Source: Lama glama (lineage: Eukaryota). Taken from it: 64,000 nt of DNA. Below the pieces are notes generated by a model. That model ran no database searches. It worked only from the letters and a program-made list of their open reading frames with translations, and was not told the origin of the DNA. This document shows positions 37,075 through 48,700 of this stretch, piece after piece. Each line of letters begins with the position of its first letter. Position 1 is the first letter of the stretch. Made by a program: the position numbers and the translations under genes. The stretch lies in assembly GCA_028534125.1 (NCBI GenBank), contig CM052829.1, positions 29,388,001 to 29,452,000 on the forward strand. Direction: 5' to 3'.

Positions 37075-38950
37075 TTCCCTTAAGATTGAGAGAAAGGTAA
37101 AGATGTCCTTTCTCACCAATGCTATTCAGTATTTACATCTGTCCCCTTTTATTTGTGGGGGGATACATTCCAGAACCCCTAGTGGATGCATGAAGTCACA
37201 GATAATATAGAACATTATGTATACTATGTTTTTTTCTATACATACATAGCTGTGATAAAGTTTAATTTATACAATCAGTAATAATCAAATAGAGCAATTA
37301 TGACAATATAATGTATTCATCCTTCCTCATCTTGTGATAATGTGAGATGATAAACTGTCTATGAGACTGGATGAAATGAGGTGAATGACATAGATATCAT
37401 AAACATGTTAGGTTCTTATTGACCTTCTGATGACACACCAGAAGGAGGGTCATCTACTTGGGGTGATCCTGTATCATTGAGCCATGATGATGTCAATGGT
37501 TGGATGTCAGGAGCAGACAGTGTCAATGATTGGGAATCCCAAGTGGGATGGAGTGAGATAGCACACGATTTCATCATACTTCTCAGAACGGTGCACAATT
37601 TAAAACCTATCTCTTGTTTATTTCTGGAATTTTCCACTTAATGTATTCAGAGAGTTGACCATGGGTAACTGAAGCTATGGAAAAGAGAAACTGTGGACAA
37701 GGGGGTTTTACTATACTAGAAGTCCTAGTTAATGCAGTAAGGAGAGAAAAAGAAATCATACATATACAGATTATAAAGGAAGAAATAAAGCTGTCCTTAT
37801 TCAAAGATAACATTATTTTTTACAGAGACAATCCCAAAGAATCTACCAAAAATCTCCTGGATATAATAGTGAGTATAAAAATGTCACATGATACAAGGTC
37901 AATATAAAGAAGTCAATTGCTTTTTCCTGTGCTAACAGTAAATAATTGGAATTCTGAGTTAAAAAATACCATTTAAATAGCACACCCTACTCCCAAAAGA
38001 AAATGAAACACTTAGACATAAATCTAACATAACATGTACGGGATCTGTATTTGGAAAACTACAAAACACTGACGAAAGGAGTTTTCAGAAGATCTAAGTA
38101 AATGAAATGACAGTCTATGTTTATGGAATAAGAAATTCAATATTGTTAAGGTATCATTCCTTCCTAACCTGATCTATAGGTTCAATATAATCCCAATCTA
38201 AATCTCAGCAAGCTATTTTGTAGATGTTGTTAAACTGTTAACTCAAGTTTATATAGAAGGGCAAGAGACCTAGAATAGCCAACATAATTCTGAGGAAGTT
38301 AAAGAAAGTTTGAGGACTTCCACTATCCAATTTCCAGAATCAGTTTTAAGCTATAGTGGTCAGGATAGTGTTGTACTGGCAAAAAAACAGACACAAAGAT
38401 CAGTAGAATACAATAGAGAATCCAGAAATAGACCTACCCAGATGTAGTCAACTGCTTTTTGATGAAGGCACAAAGAAAATTCAATGGAGAAGTCATGGTC
38501 TTTGCAACAGTGCAAATTAATACAAGATACCACACCTATTAGAATGGCTAATATCCACCAAAAAATGAAAATGCCAATTGCTAGCAAGGATATGGAGCAA
38601 CAGGAATTCTCATTCATTACTCATGAGATTGCAAATTGATACAGCTACTTTGGAAGACAGTTTGGCATTTCTTACAAAGTTAAACATAGTCTTCCCATAC
38701 TATCCAGCATTTATGCTCTTACTATTTGATTAGAAAACTTACATCTGCACAGAAACTTGCAGGCCAATATCTATAGCAGCTATTCTTAATCACCAGAAAC
38801 CAGAAACAACCAAAATTCCCTTCAAAAAGTGAACAGCTATAGAAACTGTGGTATGTGCATACAGTGAAATACTATTCAGCAATGAAAAGGAATGGCTGTC
38901 AAGTCACACACAGGCATAGTTTAATCTTAAATGCATATTATTCAGTGAAA
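37075..38950 (+). mobile_element. Old L1 ORF2 (RT and C-terminal) relic with an internal deletion, interrupted by MER44
   Basis: ORF 37677-37907 'ILEVLVNAVRREKEIIHIQIIKEEIKLSLFKDNIIFYRDNPKESTKNLL' aligns to L1 ORF2 '[41 protein letters not shown]' (FADD decayed to FKDN). 3' motifs include 'agataccacacctattagaatggct' and 'gctactttggaagacagtttggc'. Confidence 0.9.
37136..37713 (+). mobile_element. MER44-like (Tigger7-derived) TcMar DNA transposon
   Basis: Degenerate TIRs 'catctgtcccctttt' and 'gacaagggggttttacta' with TA on both sides (37134-37135, 37714-37715); internal 'gggggatacattccagaacccctagtggatgc' and 'gcacaatttaaaac...tatttctggaattttcca'. Confidence 0.85.
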
Positions 38951-38984
38951 ATAGGATTATTTTTAAAATGATAATTATAATAAT

Positions 38985-39135
38985 AACTAATCATTACTGA
39001 GCTCTCACACTTTGGTAGGCACTGATGTGAATGCTCTACACATGTATCTCGCTTAAGCTTCATTCTTCAGTTATCCTTGATTTATAAATGATGAAACTGG
39101 GGCACTGGGGAATGAAGAAACTTGCTTAAAGTCAC
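38985..39135 (-). mobile_element. MIR SINE
   Basis: 'cattactgagctctcac...ggcactg...tttataaatgatgaaactggggcac...acttgcttaaagtcac'. Confidence 0.65.
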
Positions 39136-39699
39136 CCGGTGTCAATAACATTTATTGCACTTAAAATACTGCAAACAAAATGTATATCAAACATTTGTAA
39201 ATGTTCTGAATCTTTCTGTGGAACATGAGGCTCCACTTTAAAGGCTTAAAGCCATCGGAGCCATTGAATGTTTTTGCAGCTGCTTGATGTGTAGATCAAC
39301 AATCCCTTTTGCTGGGATTTCCTTGTGACGCGATTAACAGTGCTTTTTTAATTTGTAGAATTTCAGGTGGGATTCCAAATCAGTTATTCAGCTGTCTTCC
39401 AATCAACTCTGACCTTCTCTATTAAATTTCTGTTCTCATCTGAAAGTGATTTACTTTCTTACCTGGATTTCCCTCTCGCTAGTACAGTTTTTACCCCCCT
39501 CTTTCTGCACATGCACACATAGGCTTTTTTATCCATTTAATTTGTGGTTTCCCCCCAAAACGTAAAAAACCCATCTTAATAATGTAAAGACTTATGAACT
39601 CTGCAACAAATAAATGTAGCATTTCTAGAAGCTAGTCAAAGTAGGTAGTTGCCAGGTAAATATATATAATGAAATAAGTGATTCAAGTAGAACAATTAA

Positions 39700-39827
39700 N
39701 NNNNNNNNNNNNNNNNNNNNNNNNNNNNNNNNNNNNNNNNNNNNNNNNNNNNNNNNNNNNNNNNNNNNNNNNNNNNNNNNNNNNNNNNNNNNNNNNNNNN
39801 NNNNNNNNNNNNNNNNNNNNNNNNNNN
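39700..39827. other. Assembly gap (128 N)
   Basis: Run of N seen directly. Confidence 0.99.
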
Positions 39828-41510
39828 TAAATGACTGATGGACACAAATTAGTAAAAATTCTTCTGGCTCATTTTTTCAGACATGAATCAGAAAGCTAAA
39901 TTCAGTTCTTAGAGTCTAAAACGAAGTTCAGAAAAAGTGAAACTTTAACAGGAGAGCAGGTGTGGTATAATCTTAACATTGATTGCTGGGGTGGGAAAAA
40001 AAACCCTGAACATTAAAAGCCATTTAAAATTCATTCAACATTTGGAAGGCACAAAGTCCAAAAGTCAATCATTTTGGGAAAAGGAAGCAGCTGTTATGAA
40101 GTATTCCTTTGCTTTTTAAATAATTACCTGAGTTTCATATGCAAAATAGTATTGGAATACTATTTTCAAAAAAAGGTTCTGTGCAGATAAGTTTTTATGT
40201 TTCATTATAGTTTTAAAGTATTACACTAGAATGAAGAGAAAATATAATTTTTAATATATAGTCATCTTGACCAGAAATATTTGAAAACAAAGACAAACAC
40301 ATACATACGCAGATTAGGTCGATCGAGCATTGTCTTTTTGTTTTACTTGTATATTGTGAAGAATTAATATTTGGTACTTCCACTTAACATCCCTGTCAGT
40401 TGCAGCTATCAGTCCAAGGAAGTATTAAATGAATCTCTGCCCCCACCAGGAATGATATTGTCTGATTAAAATTGGGAGATTTCCTTACTTCCTTCTACCT
40501 TCTTCTAGTCAACATTGAATCTCTGAATTTGATCTATACTCAGCATCATCGTTTAGTACTTGTTTATATCAATGTCATTTTTTTCAAGTTACACTTTTTT
40601 AGTTGTTGTTTTTATTGTTTTGCAAAGCAGTAGCTTGACAACTAGTTTGTGAAGTCCTTGACCATAAATATGACTCTTTGCAATTATCTTTTTTATTGCT
40701 GGACAATAGTTATTACTGAATAAATATTTTTGACTGATTAAAAAACATTCTAAATAAACTGTTTTCATTGTATTTCTTCTCTTTCAATTCTGCAGAAGAA
40801 AAACAGAATAGAGCTTTTTCTCTAAAAATTAGGAGGAAAATATTCCTCTAATTCATTTAGGACTTTAAAATACATATTTTTGGTAGCACATTTTTAAAGT
40901 TGCTAAGTTTTCTATCTAATATATAGATGCAGATTGTTTTGAGGGAAAGTATTTATTGTGCTATATTCCTTTTTTATTGTAATGAAAAGTTTAATTTTTA
41001 GTAACATAAATGTTATTTTATTGAAATATCTCATAATTTTCCTTTATATTCCCTATGATAACAGTTGAAATCAAGTATGTGTTGAAATCCTTAAAAAAAA
41101 AAAATCAGGTTTTGACTTCTGTTGTCTAAAATATCCTTCAACAAACCTGATGCTTTAAATTTCTCCTTTTTCTTGTGCAGTTAAATATATTATACTTTTC
41201 TCCCTTCATCATGGTGAATAATCAGTAAGTAAACTTTTCCAAAAGCAATTAAATATGTAAGGTACAATTATTAGCACACAGCTGCTGTCTTACTTGGTGT
41301 CTAGATTATAAGTTTGGTAATACATTAGTATTAAAAAATTGTCATTCCACCCACATAGCAATGTGTATTTAGTGTCTTTTTGATAGATTTCAAACAATGG
41401 AACTACTGTATTCAAAATAAATAATCTGAAATTGAGGTAAAGATTTATGTTGAATGACACTCTTGCTTTAGGTTGGAAACAGCTCAGAAGTTTCTGAGTT
41501 GGAAATTGTT

Positions 41511-41513
41511 AAA

Positions 41514-41543
<30 letters not shown>
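41511..41543 (+). repeat. A12-(GAA)7 microsatellite
   Basis: Read directly from the sequence. Confidence 0.95.
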
Positions 41544-41544
<1 letters not shown>

Positions 41545-44499
41545 GTTTTACTCCAAGTAAAAGACTTTTAAGAATAATATTTCAAGTATTTCTTAATATT
41601 AAGAGCAATATACCAAAATCATTATTGGGAATCTAATCTCAGTTTTTAACCACATCTGTGAGAAGAGATTGTATAGGAAAGGAGTAGGATTTGTATGCAA
41701 AAAAAAAAGAAAAAAAAATATTGGTATAATAGGATTGAATCTAAAAATTGTATAATGAGAAGAAAATATTATAAAACTGAAAAGTCTCTGGTAAATTAGT
41801 TAACAACATTTATTTCAGTTAACATTTTTTCAGATTTTACTGAATTATACCATTGAAGAATCAGAATTCTTCCAGCAATACTGTGATCTTGGACAAAACA
41901 TTAAACCTTATTTGTAATATGGTTGTGACAATAGGAACGACCTCATGTTGTTGTTGGAATTAAAGGAAATGTTATATATAGCACTTAAATAAATTCTTAT
42001 TTAGATCCACTTTAATACATGCTGTCATTAGGTAATTTTTAAAATCTGCTCAATAATTCAATTGAAAATAGGGAATGTCTAGCAGAAAGACATCAGAAGC
42101 TTTTCTAATAAGCATCGTAGTTGTTGATTTTGTATTATACTTAAGCCCATGATGGTGTTGCAAAATTCATAGGGAAAAAGGCAAAAATCATGATTGAGAA
42201 ACTTATGTAAAACTAAGGTCTTTCTCTTTTGGGATAAAGTCAATTTAGTCCTAGAGTAAAATTACTTTTCTAGCTATTATGTTATCATTACAGCTTTAGC
42301 TTATTTCTGGAAATAACTGCCGAAGTCAGCAGCACTAAGCACTATTAGAAATAAATCCTTTGAGAAAATATTTTCAAGCTACTATTTTATAGTTCTGAAT
42401 TTTTTAAATATACCTAAGGAAGCTTGTGAAATGTTTTTAACCATCAGGTAAATACTCAAAATCTTTTATGTTTTAAGAAACTTTATATTCTTCATCTGGA
42501 GAATAAAATTGATACTTAAGTAACAATCCATCTAAAACAGAATGTCATTTTGATTTTTGAAAGTTTAAAGGAATAATTATCAAAATGTATAAGTTTTTAA
42601 CAGATCCACAGCTTTGCAATTTTTTTAGTTATGTTTTCATGCTAAAAATTTTTTAAAATATGTTCTTATTACTGGAGAGAATCAAACCCACATAAGTATG
42701 CTTTACTAGCACAGTAGATTTCATTTAATTAATGGATTATGTATGAGTCTAACAGATGGGTGAAATTTAATTTTACTCATGTCACTTTAATTTGTTTTCC
42801 TGGCTTTTTTGAAGCAGCTGATTTGTACTATTAGAATATTTAAATAATGTTTTTGACTGATCTGCTCCAAACTAAATGGACCCTTACCTTAGAGAAATAA
42901 ATACAACAAATGAAGTGGATTGCCAAAATTATGTATGGGAAGGAAAATGCTAGTAAGGTTCAGAACTTCTGATAAAGGTCTTTACAAGACAAACCTAAGA
43001 AAAGCTGATGACCAAGGATTAACAGGAAATTTTCCTTCTCAGATATAAAACTGTAGAATTCATAGAAAGTAAGACCAGAAATAAATGGCTGACTTCTCAA
43101 GTGGAAAGAGGTTAACAGTGTGTGCCTCAGGATCAGTTTTAGTACTACTGGTATGAAATCTGCTAATGATTTAGAAGATGAAATGGGGAAGTTTTGCTAA
43201 AAACAGGGAAAGATTAAGAGCACAGCTAAAAGAAATAGTGCATTTAAAAAATTCATAGATAATTATGAACATAAAAATCAGAAGAAAAAATTCCTACCTT
43301 TTGGTTGTCCTATACATTGTGTTAATGGCTCAAAGGAGATTGTTGAGGGATAACTTTTTAAGCTTTACTGTTAACATAGGAGAAGTCATGTGTATTTCAG
43401 CTCTCTTCTTACTTTTCTGAATTCTGTTTCCCCTATTCATCAAAATTTCTCCATATTAGAGAAAAAACATTAAGGGAAAATAATATATACATACACACCA
43501 AAATTATATTTAGGGCAAATTGCTTATTTCTTTTAATTCCAGAATTGAAACTGGATAACTGACACTGAAGCCATTGTATTTGTTCAGCACAGACTTGCTA
43601 CGATGCGAGTCTCTGGTAATCTAGATTTACCGCCATTGGATGCATATCAAGTCATAGATCCCTTTACTGGAAAGTCTGATGGGTAGAAGAGTTAATGGAG
43701 TTATTTTAAATCATAGGTCACTATGATTATTATTTATTAGCATCACTTTTGTTTCCTTATGAATGTTGTAATTGAAAAAAACCTTTGGATGATATGTGGA
43801 CCCATTCTACTCTTTGCATGGAGACAGCCTCCTTACAAAGTCCGTGAGTTTTCTGGCTCTTGGACCATATTTACTCAGTCACAAATAAATAGCTTCATTA
43901 TGAAAACATGAGAATCTTTAGAACTTTAGAACAAGAATATGAATACTTATATCCCCCATACTAGACAACATTTTTTTAAAGCTGCGTCTATGTTAATGGA
44001 TAAAAATAAATTAGACTGGAGATTTAAAACACTGAAAGCTGCAGAATGTAAATATAACAGATTAAAAAATGTCATCTTTGGGAAATACTAATTTTTACAG
44101 ACAATGCAGTCAAACTTATTAATTTGAGATTCTTCCTTCTAAAGCTTGAAAGGCTTCACAATTAAGAATGCTATACTCCTTCCAGCAGTACTACCTAATC
44201 AACTTGTTTTTGCTCAATTGTTATTGAATATATATTGATAATTACCCCGTGTTACAATCACACAAAGCTTAGTACAGAATATTGGTTTTTAAACTGCATT
44301 TAACAAAACTGTGTCTTCCTGGAGGAACTTTGGGGGATCATGAATACTGTCATCCATAATTGAGGAATTCAGATATACTCGTTCATCAAAACACCTTTGC
44401 TTTTCCCATTCATTTATACTTAAAATTCAGTGTTATAAAATTTGAAACTGGGTTTTAATAATAACAACTTTATCTCTTATTTCATTGTTGCTCAACGCA

Positions 44500-44645
44500 A
44501 GATTCTCTTTCTATCAGCATTTTACAGATAAGTGAACAAAAGCTTGGAAAAGTTGTGTAACTTCCCCATGGTCACAAAGCTGATTGTGGATCCAGATTTG
44601 AGCTCAGCAGTCCAACTCCAGAGACTGCTCTTACCCATTGTGTCA
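44500..44645 (-). mobile_element. MIR SINE
   Basis: 'cattttacagataagtgaac...gtaacttccccatggtcacaaagct...gatttgagctcagcagtccaactccagag'. Confidence 0.75.
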
Positions 44646-45894
44646 TATTGTTGTTTGCTAGTTGGGGTATTGAGTTGTTGATTTCTTTTGCAATCTTAGA
44701 GAAAATAATTAAATCATTTTTAATTCAAGCTTTGGATTCATTCTTCTTTGCTTGTACCACATCTTATCTGCCACATCTTACCTGTTTCACTTTGGTTATG
44801 CCATGTCTTATCTGTTTGAAAGATTATTGTCGAGAAGACTCCTAATATTTTCCCAGATATAATTATCAGTAGATTAATGTGTACTTGTAGCATGACCTTT
44901 TCATAATCGAGGAATAAATCAAATGGCTTGATATGCTAAATAAGGATCAGATGATATTGTTACTACATTTCGAATATTAAGTATGGAAAACATTAATTAT
45001 CAATTAAATAAGGAAAGACAAAAAGCATATAAAACTTCTAAGAAGTTATGGATTCTAAATCTAAATTCAGATAGTTCTATATTCCTGTTAGCCCTAATCC
45101 ATCTCTTACCAGTTAGCAGGTAGTGTAGATACAAGAAGACAGATGAGGACATCAACTATCGAAGATACAATTAAGCATCATAGATTCCCCCAAAACATAA
45201 CAAAAAATAGAAAAGAAAAATCTTGTGGAAAGCAACAGATCATTGAAACAAGCTGGGCCTTGCAAATATATTCGCAGTAGTCTGTGATTAGGCTTGGGGA
45301 ATAATGTTGAGGGAGGGTAGTGGTCAGAATTCAGAGAGTAGAGGGGGATTTACTTGTGATTGCATACCATTCTGTGTATTTGTTTTGCAATTAAATTTTT
45401 TTTAAGATTGTGGTTAGTATGTATTAAGAATGCAACAGTTAAAAAAAAGGATATGCATTACATTACATAACAAATTCAATTATTTCCTATCTATATTATT
45501 TTTAAGGAAAGACTTGATCAATATAAGAGCACTTAAACATTCAGATTTTTAATTCTAAGCTCAAAACTAACAAACTATACTTTTAGACATATATATTTTT
45601 TCCAATCCCTTTCTATAAATATAATTTAACGTTGTAATCATGTCAACTTTGAGAGCTGTTGTAAGAGAGGTGTTCCCATTTTATTGATAGAAAAAAAAAG
45701 CTTCCGTGAAACTGTAGTATGAAATTGCTCTCTTTATGATTTTAATTAATTTTAAAAAGCTTCTATTATATATCAGGTGCTTCCAAAGTTTATTTTTTAT
45801 AATTCATTTTTCTTGATAAAATCATTTTTCTTGTAGCTGTATGCATGTCTATGTTTTTTGTCACTCTGCACAGATTTACCTCAGTGTATGTTGA

Positions 45895-46260
45895 ATTCTG
45901 CCAGGGAGACACACATGGGAGAATAGAGGCAGAGGTGGAGAATCCTAGTAGTATATGTGAGTGCATATGAAGTGTTGCCTGGAGGACTTGCTGTAGGAAC
46001 TGGGACCTTAGTTCTGATTGTCCTACATGGATGAGCCAGAGGATCTTGGGAAACAAGTGTGTTTGACTCAGAGACACAGGGAATAAGTGATTGTGTCCAG
46101 TCGCTGAGCCATTCAGGTTGGCTAGAGTCCAGCATGATTGTGGGACGTGGTGAGAGGTGCGAGCCAGCAGGCAGACCTTGACCTCAAAGCGGAGTGTGTG
46201 TGCTTTCGGGGCTGTTTGACAGTTATCCTGAATGTGACAGGGAGCAGAGGGGTGGCATGA
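45895..46260 (-). mobile_element. L2 LINE fragment
   Basis: Purine-rich 'cctggaggac...ttcaggttggctagag...ttatcctgaatgtgacagggagc'. Confidence 0.45.
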
Positions 46261-46399
46261 GGACATTACATATTAGGAATATTACCCTTGAGAACAGTAT
46301 CTCCATTTATTTGTTTCAATCACAAATTAAAACGCACCCATAAACAGACGGGTGATTGCGGAAAAACATAAAGGCTGCAGTCTTTATATCTGTGGTACA

Positions 46400-46740
46400 A
46401 CATAACGTGGGCACCTCCTCTTTCACAGGCCTCATCGCCTTCCCTCCTACAGTCCTGTTTCTTTATTGCCACCACACCCGACTTTATTTTCACAGCCCCC
46501 CTGGGCTGCCCTGTGCTCTGCCTCTGGGCCTGCACGTTGAGCTGCCTGCCTGAACTGCTCCAACTCTGACTAATCAATTCCTATGCGTCCTTCAAGCTGC
46601 AGCTGACATGGGCCTTCTTCAAGGGAGCCTTGATGCCTTATTACCAATCAAATCTCCTTTGTTGTATGTTGCCATAATTCCTTTCAGTTTTCCTTTATAA
46701 CATTAATTGCAATTTTAATTAAATAATATTTGGTACCATT
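46400..46740 (+). mobile_element. L2 LINE fragment
   Basis: 'cctctgggcctgcacgttgagctgcctgcctgaactgctc...attcctatgcgtccttcaagctgcagct...ccttcttcaagggagcctt'. Confidence 0.55.
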
Positions 46741-46999
46741 AGGATATGCATATTGTTAATAAGGATACTAGGTATATGTGTGTATTTACGTATATATGTG
46801 TATATCTGTTATTACATGTGCACAGAAAAGCAATTAGCAACAACACTTTGAATTTTTTCTAGATGTTTTCCTCCTATCTGTGTACTGTATCTGGGTGTGG
46901 TTAATTGAAACAATTCCATAGGTATTAGGTATATGTCGTGTCCATCACTGTATGACTATTATACTAAGGGTATTTTCCTGTGTAATTAGAAACAAAGGG

Positions 47000-47320
47000 A
47001 AGGCAGATGGAACTGGAGGTAAGGAGGTTTGTTAGGAGGCTTTTGCATTGTTCTAAGTGAGACCTGGGAGTAAGAAGGAAGGGATGAATTTTAGAGTAAC
47101 AAGTAGTAAGATTTGGAACTTGGTTTGTTGTGAATGTATGGAAGTTGGGAAAAAATTAGTTTATACAAGGTGACTATTGGGTTTGAGCAAATGAGTGAGT
47201 GATGTAGGAGGAGGAACCAATTTGGAAAGAAAGAGGGAAAGAAAATTAGTTCAGTTAATGACGTGAGTTGCTTGTAAGAAATCAAAGTGCATTTACCCAG
47301 TGAATTAGGCTATTCTAATT
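47000..47320 (-). mobile_element. L2 LINE fragment
   Basis: 'gttaggaggcttttgcattgttctaagtgaga', 'caaggtgact...ggtttgagcaaatgagtg'. Confidence 0.5.
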
Positions 47321-47419
47321 CACCACTAAAGTGAAAGCAAAAGAATATGGCCTTTGAACTCAATGTGCTAAACTATATTTAGGTACCATGTTTAAAAAAA
47401 GCCTTAGTGAATTATTAAG

Positions 47420-47570
47420 GGAGATGATGACTCCTCTTCCCCTAGAGGCATTTTTTAAGTACACAGAAGCATTTGTCTGCTGTGTTTTGAAAATGATCTC
47501 ACCAAGTCAAGGGAATTGCCAGCCCAGATAACCTGTCAAGAACTCTCATATCCCAGAGCGTTGTATCTCT
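47420..47570 (+). mobile_element. L3/CR1 LINE 3' end
   Basis: 'gatgactcctcttcccctagaggcatttt...cagataacctgtcaagaactctcatatcccagag'. Confidence 0.4.
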
Positions 47571-48140
47571 GATATACTTATCTTTATGTTGACTCGGTTA
47601 CATGTTCTAGTATACCAGTTTTAATGTTTTCCCTTTGTTAAACCAATAAGAATTCATTGTGATTTAGTAAAGTATGTTCTCTCCATCATAAAATGAAATG
47701 GCAAGAACTCATATTAAATTAAAAAGTACTAATTCTTCATACTTTGGCTTTCTTTCTAATGAGTTTTCATCCAAAAAATTAAAATATATACTAGTCTTAA
47801 ATGCAGGTATTTTGGCATGTTTTTACCACATTCTGTTCACTGAATTTCTTTTCAGTGTGATCTAAACTAAGTGCAAAAAGCAAGGGCTTGGTGTCATTTA
47901 AAAATACAAATTAAATATGGTACACTAAATTTTTTGAATGTTAAATTAAAGTCAATTTACAAAAGTAATATTTTTGTTAAGCAAATCTGTAAGTACCCTC
48001 GTAACCATCTGTCTGGCTCATCAAGATTTACTTCCCCGAGCTCAAACATGGATAATGGGAATAGTGATTAGAAGAATAAATTTATTAAAGCTGTAAAACT
48101 TTACCATTACCCTCTCCTACATTCACAGAGGTAAAATCGA

Positions 48141-48700
48141 ACATTCATTCAATCATCAGTCATTTTTTGATACACCTAACTATGTGTGAGATATTGTGTT
48201 AGATTCTGAGAATATAAAAATTAAAAAAAATTAGAGTTGCTTACATTCTGGTAGTAGAGATAAACGTATACACTGATAACTTAAAAATATAAGTTCCGTG
48301 ATACCAGTATCACAAAGCATTATAAATGCAGCTAACTGAGCAAGGAGATGTGGGATCAGGGAAGGATTCCTGGAGAACATCTAAGCTCATATAAAAATAA
48401 AGCAGCCAAGTGATATGAAAGTGATATTATTGAGCTAAGTGATATTAAAGGGTGGTTGGCCAGACGGAATGTTGAATGAAGGAGGGGCTATCAGAGAGGG
48501 AAGTATACTGGGGACACTGCAACATAAGAATTGCGGAGGTAAGAAAAATGCACGCGATATGAAGAACTATAGATAGTTTAGTATTCCAAAGACATGACGA
48601 GGGAGACACTGATGAGAAGACATTGAAGAAGTAGATGGAACCTGGATTAATAAAGGTATTATTTACTTAGCCAAGGAATTTGAACTTTACCTAATAGGTC
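48141..48700 (-). mobile_element. L2 LINE 3' fragment
   Basis: Starts 'cattcattcaatcatcagtcattttttgatacacctaactatgtgtgagatattgtgttag'; also 'atcagggaaggattcctggag' and 'gccaaggaatttgaactttacct'. Confidence 0.65.

Noticed and set aside
37677-37907. ORF with reverse-transcriptase similarity as a functional RT
   Set aside because: It is a decayed L1 ORF2 piece: catalytic FADD is mutated to FKDN, the start lies in MER44, and the frame ends after 76 codons.
43603-43686. Superficial resemblance of MRVS...LD...DP to the HNF4G N-terminus
   Set aside because: Only a few residues match, far below ortholog-level identity, and no nuclear-receptor exon was seen in the window.
45790-46266. 158-aa minus-strand ORF
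   Set aside because: It lies mostly in a degenerate L2 and has no recognisable domain.
45895-46740. Adjacent inverted L2 fragments (also 55141-56740) as a dsRNA or editing substrate
   Set aside because: The copies are too diverged to form long duplexes, and no extended complementarity was visible.
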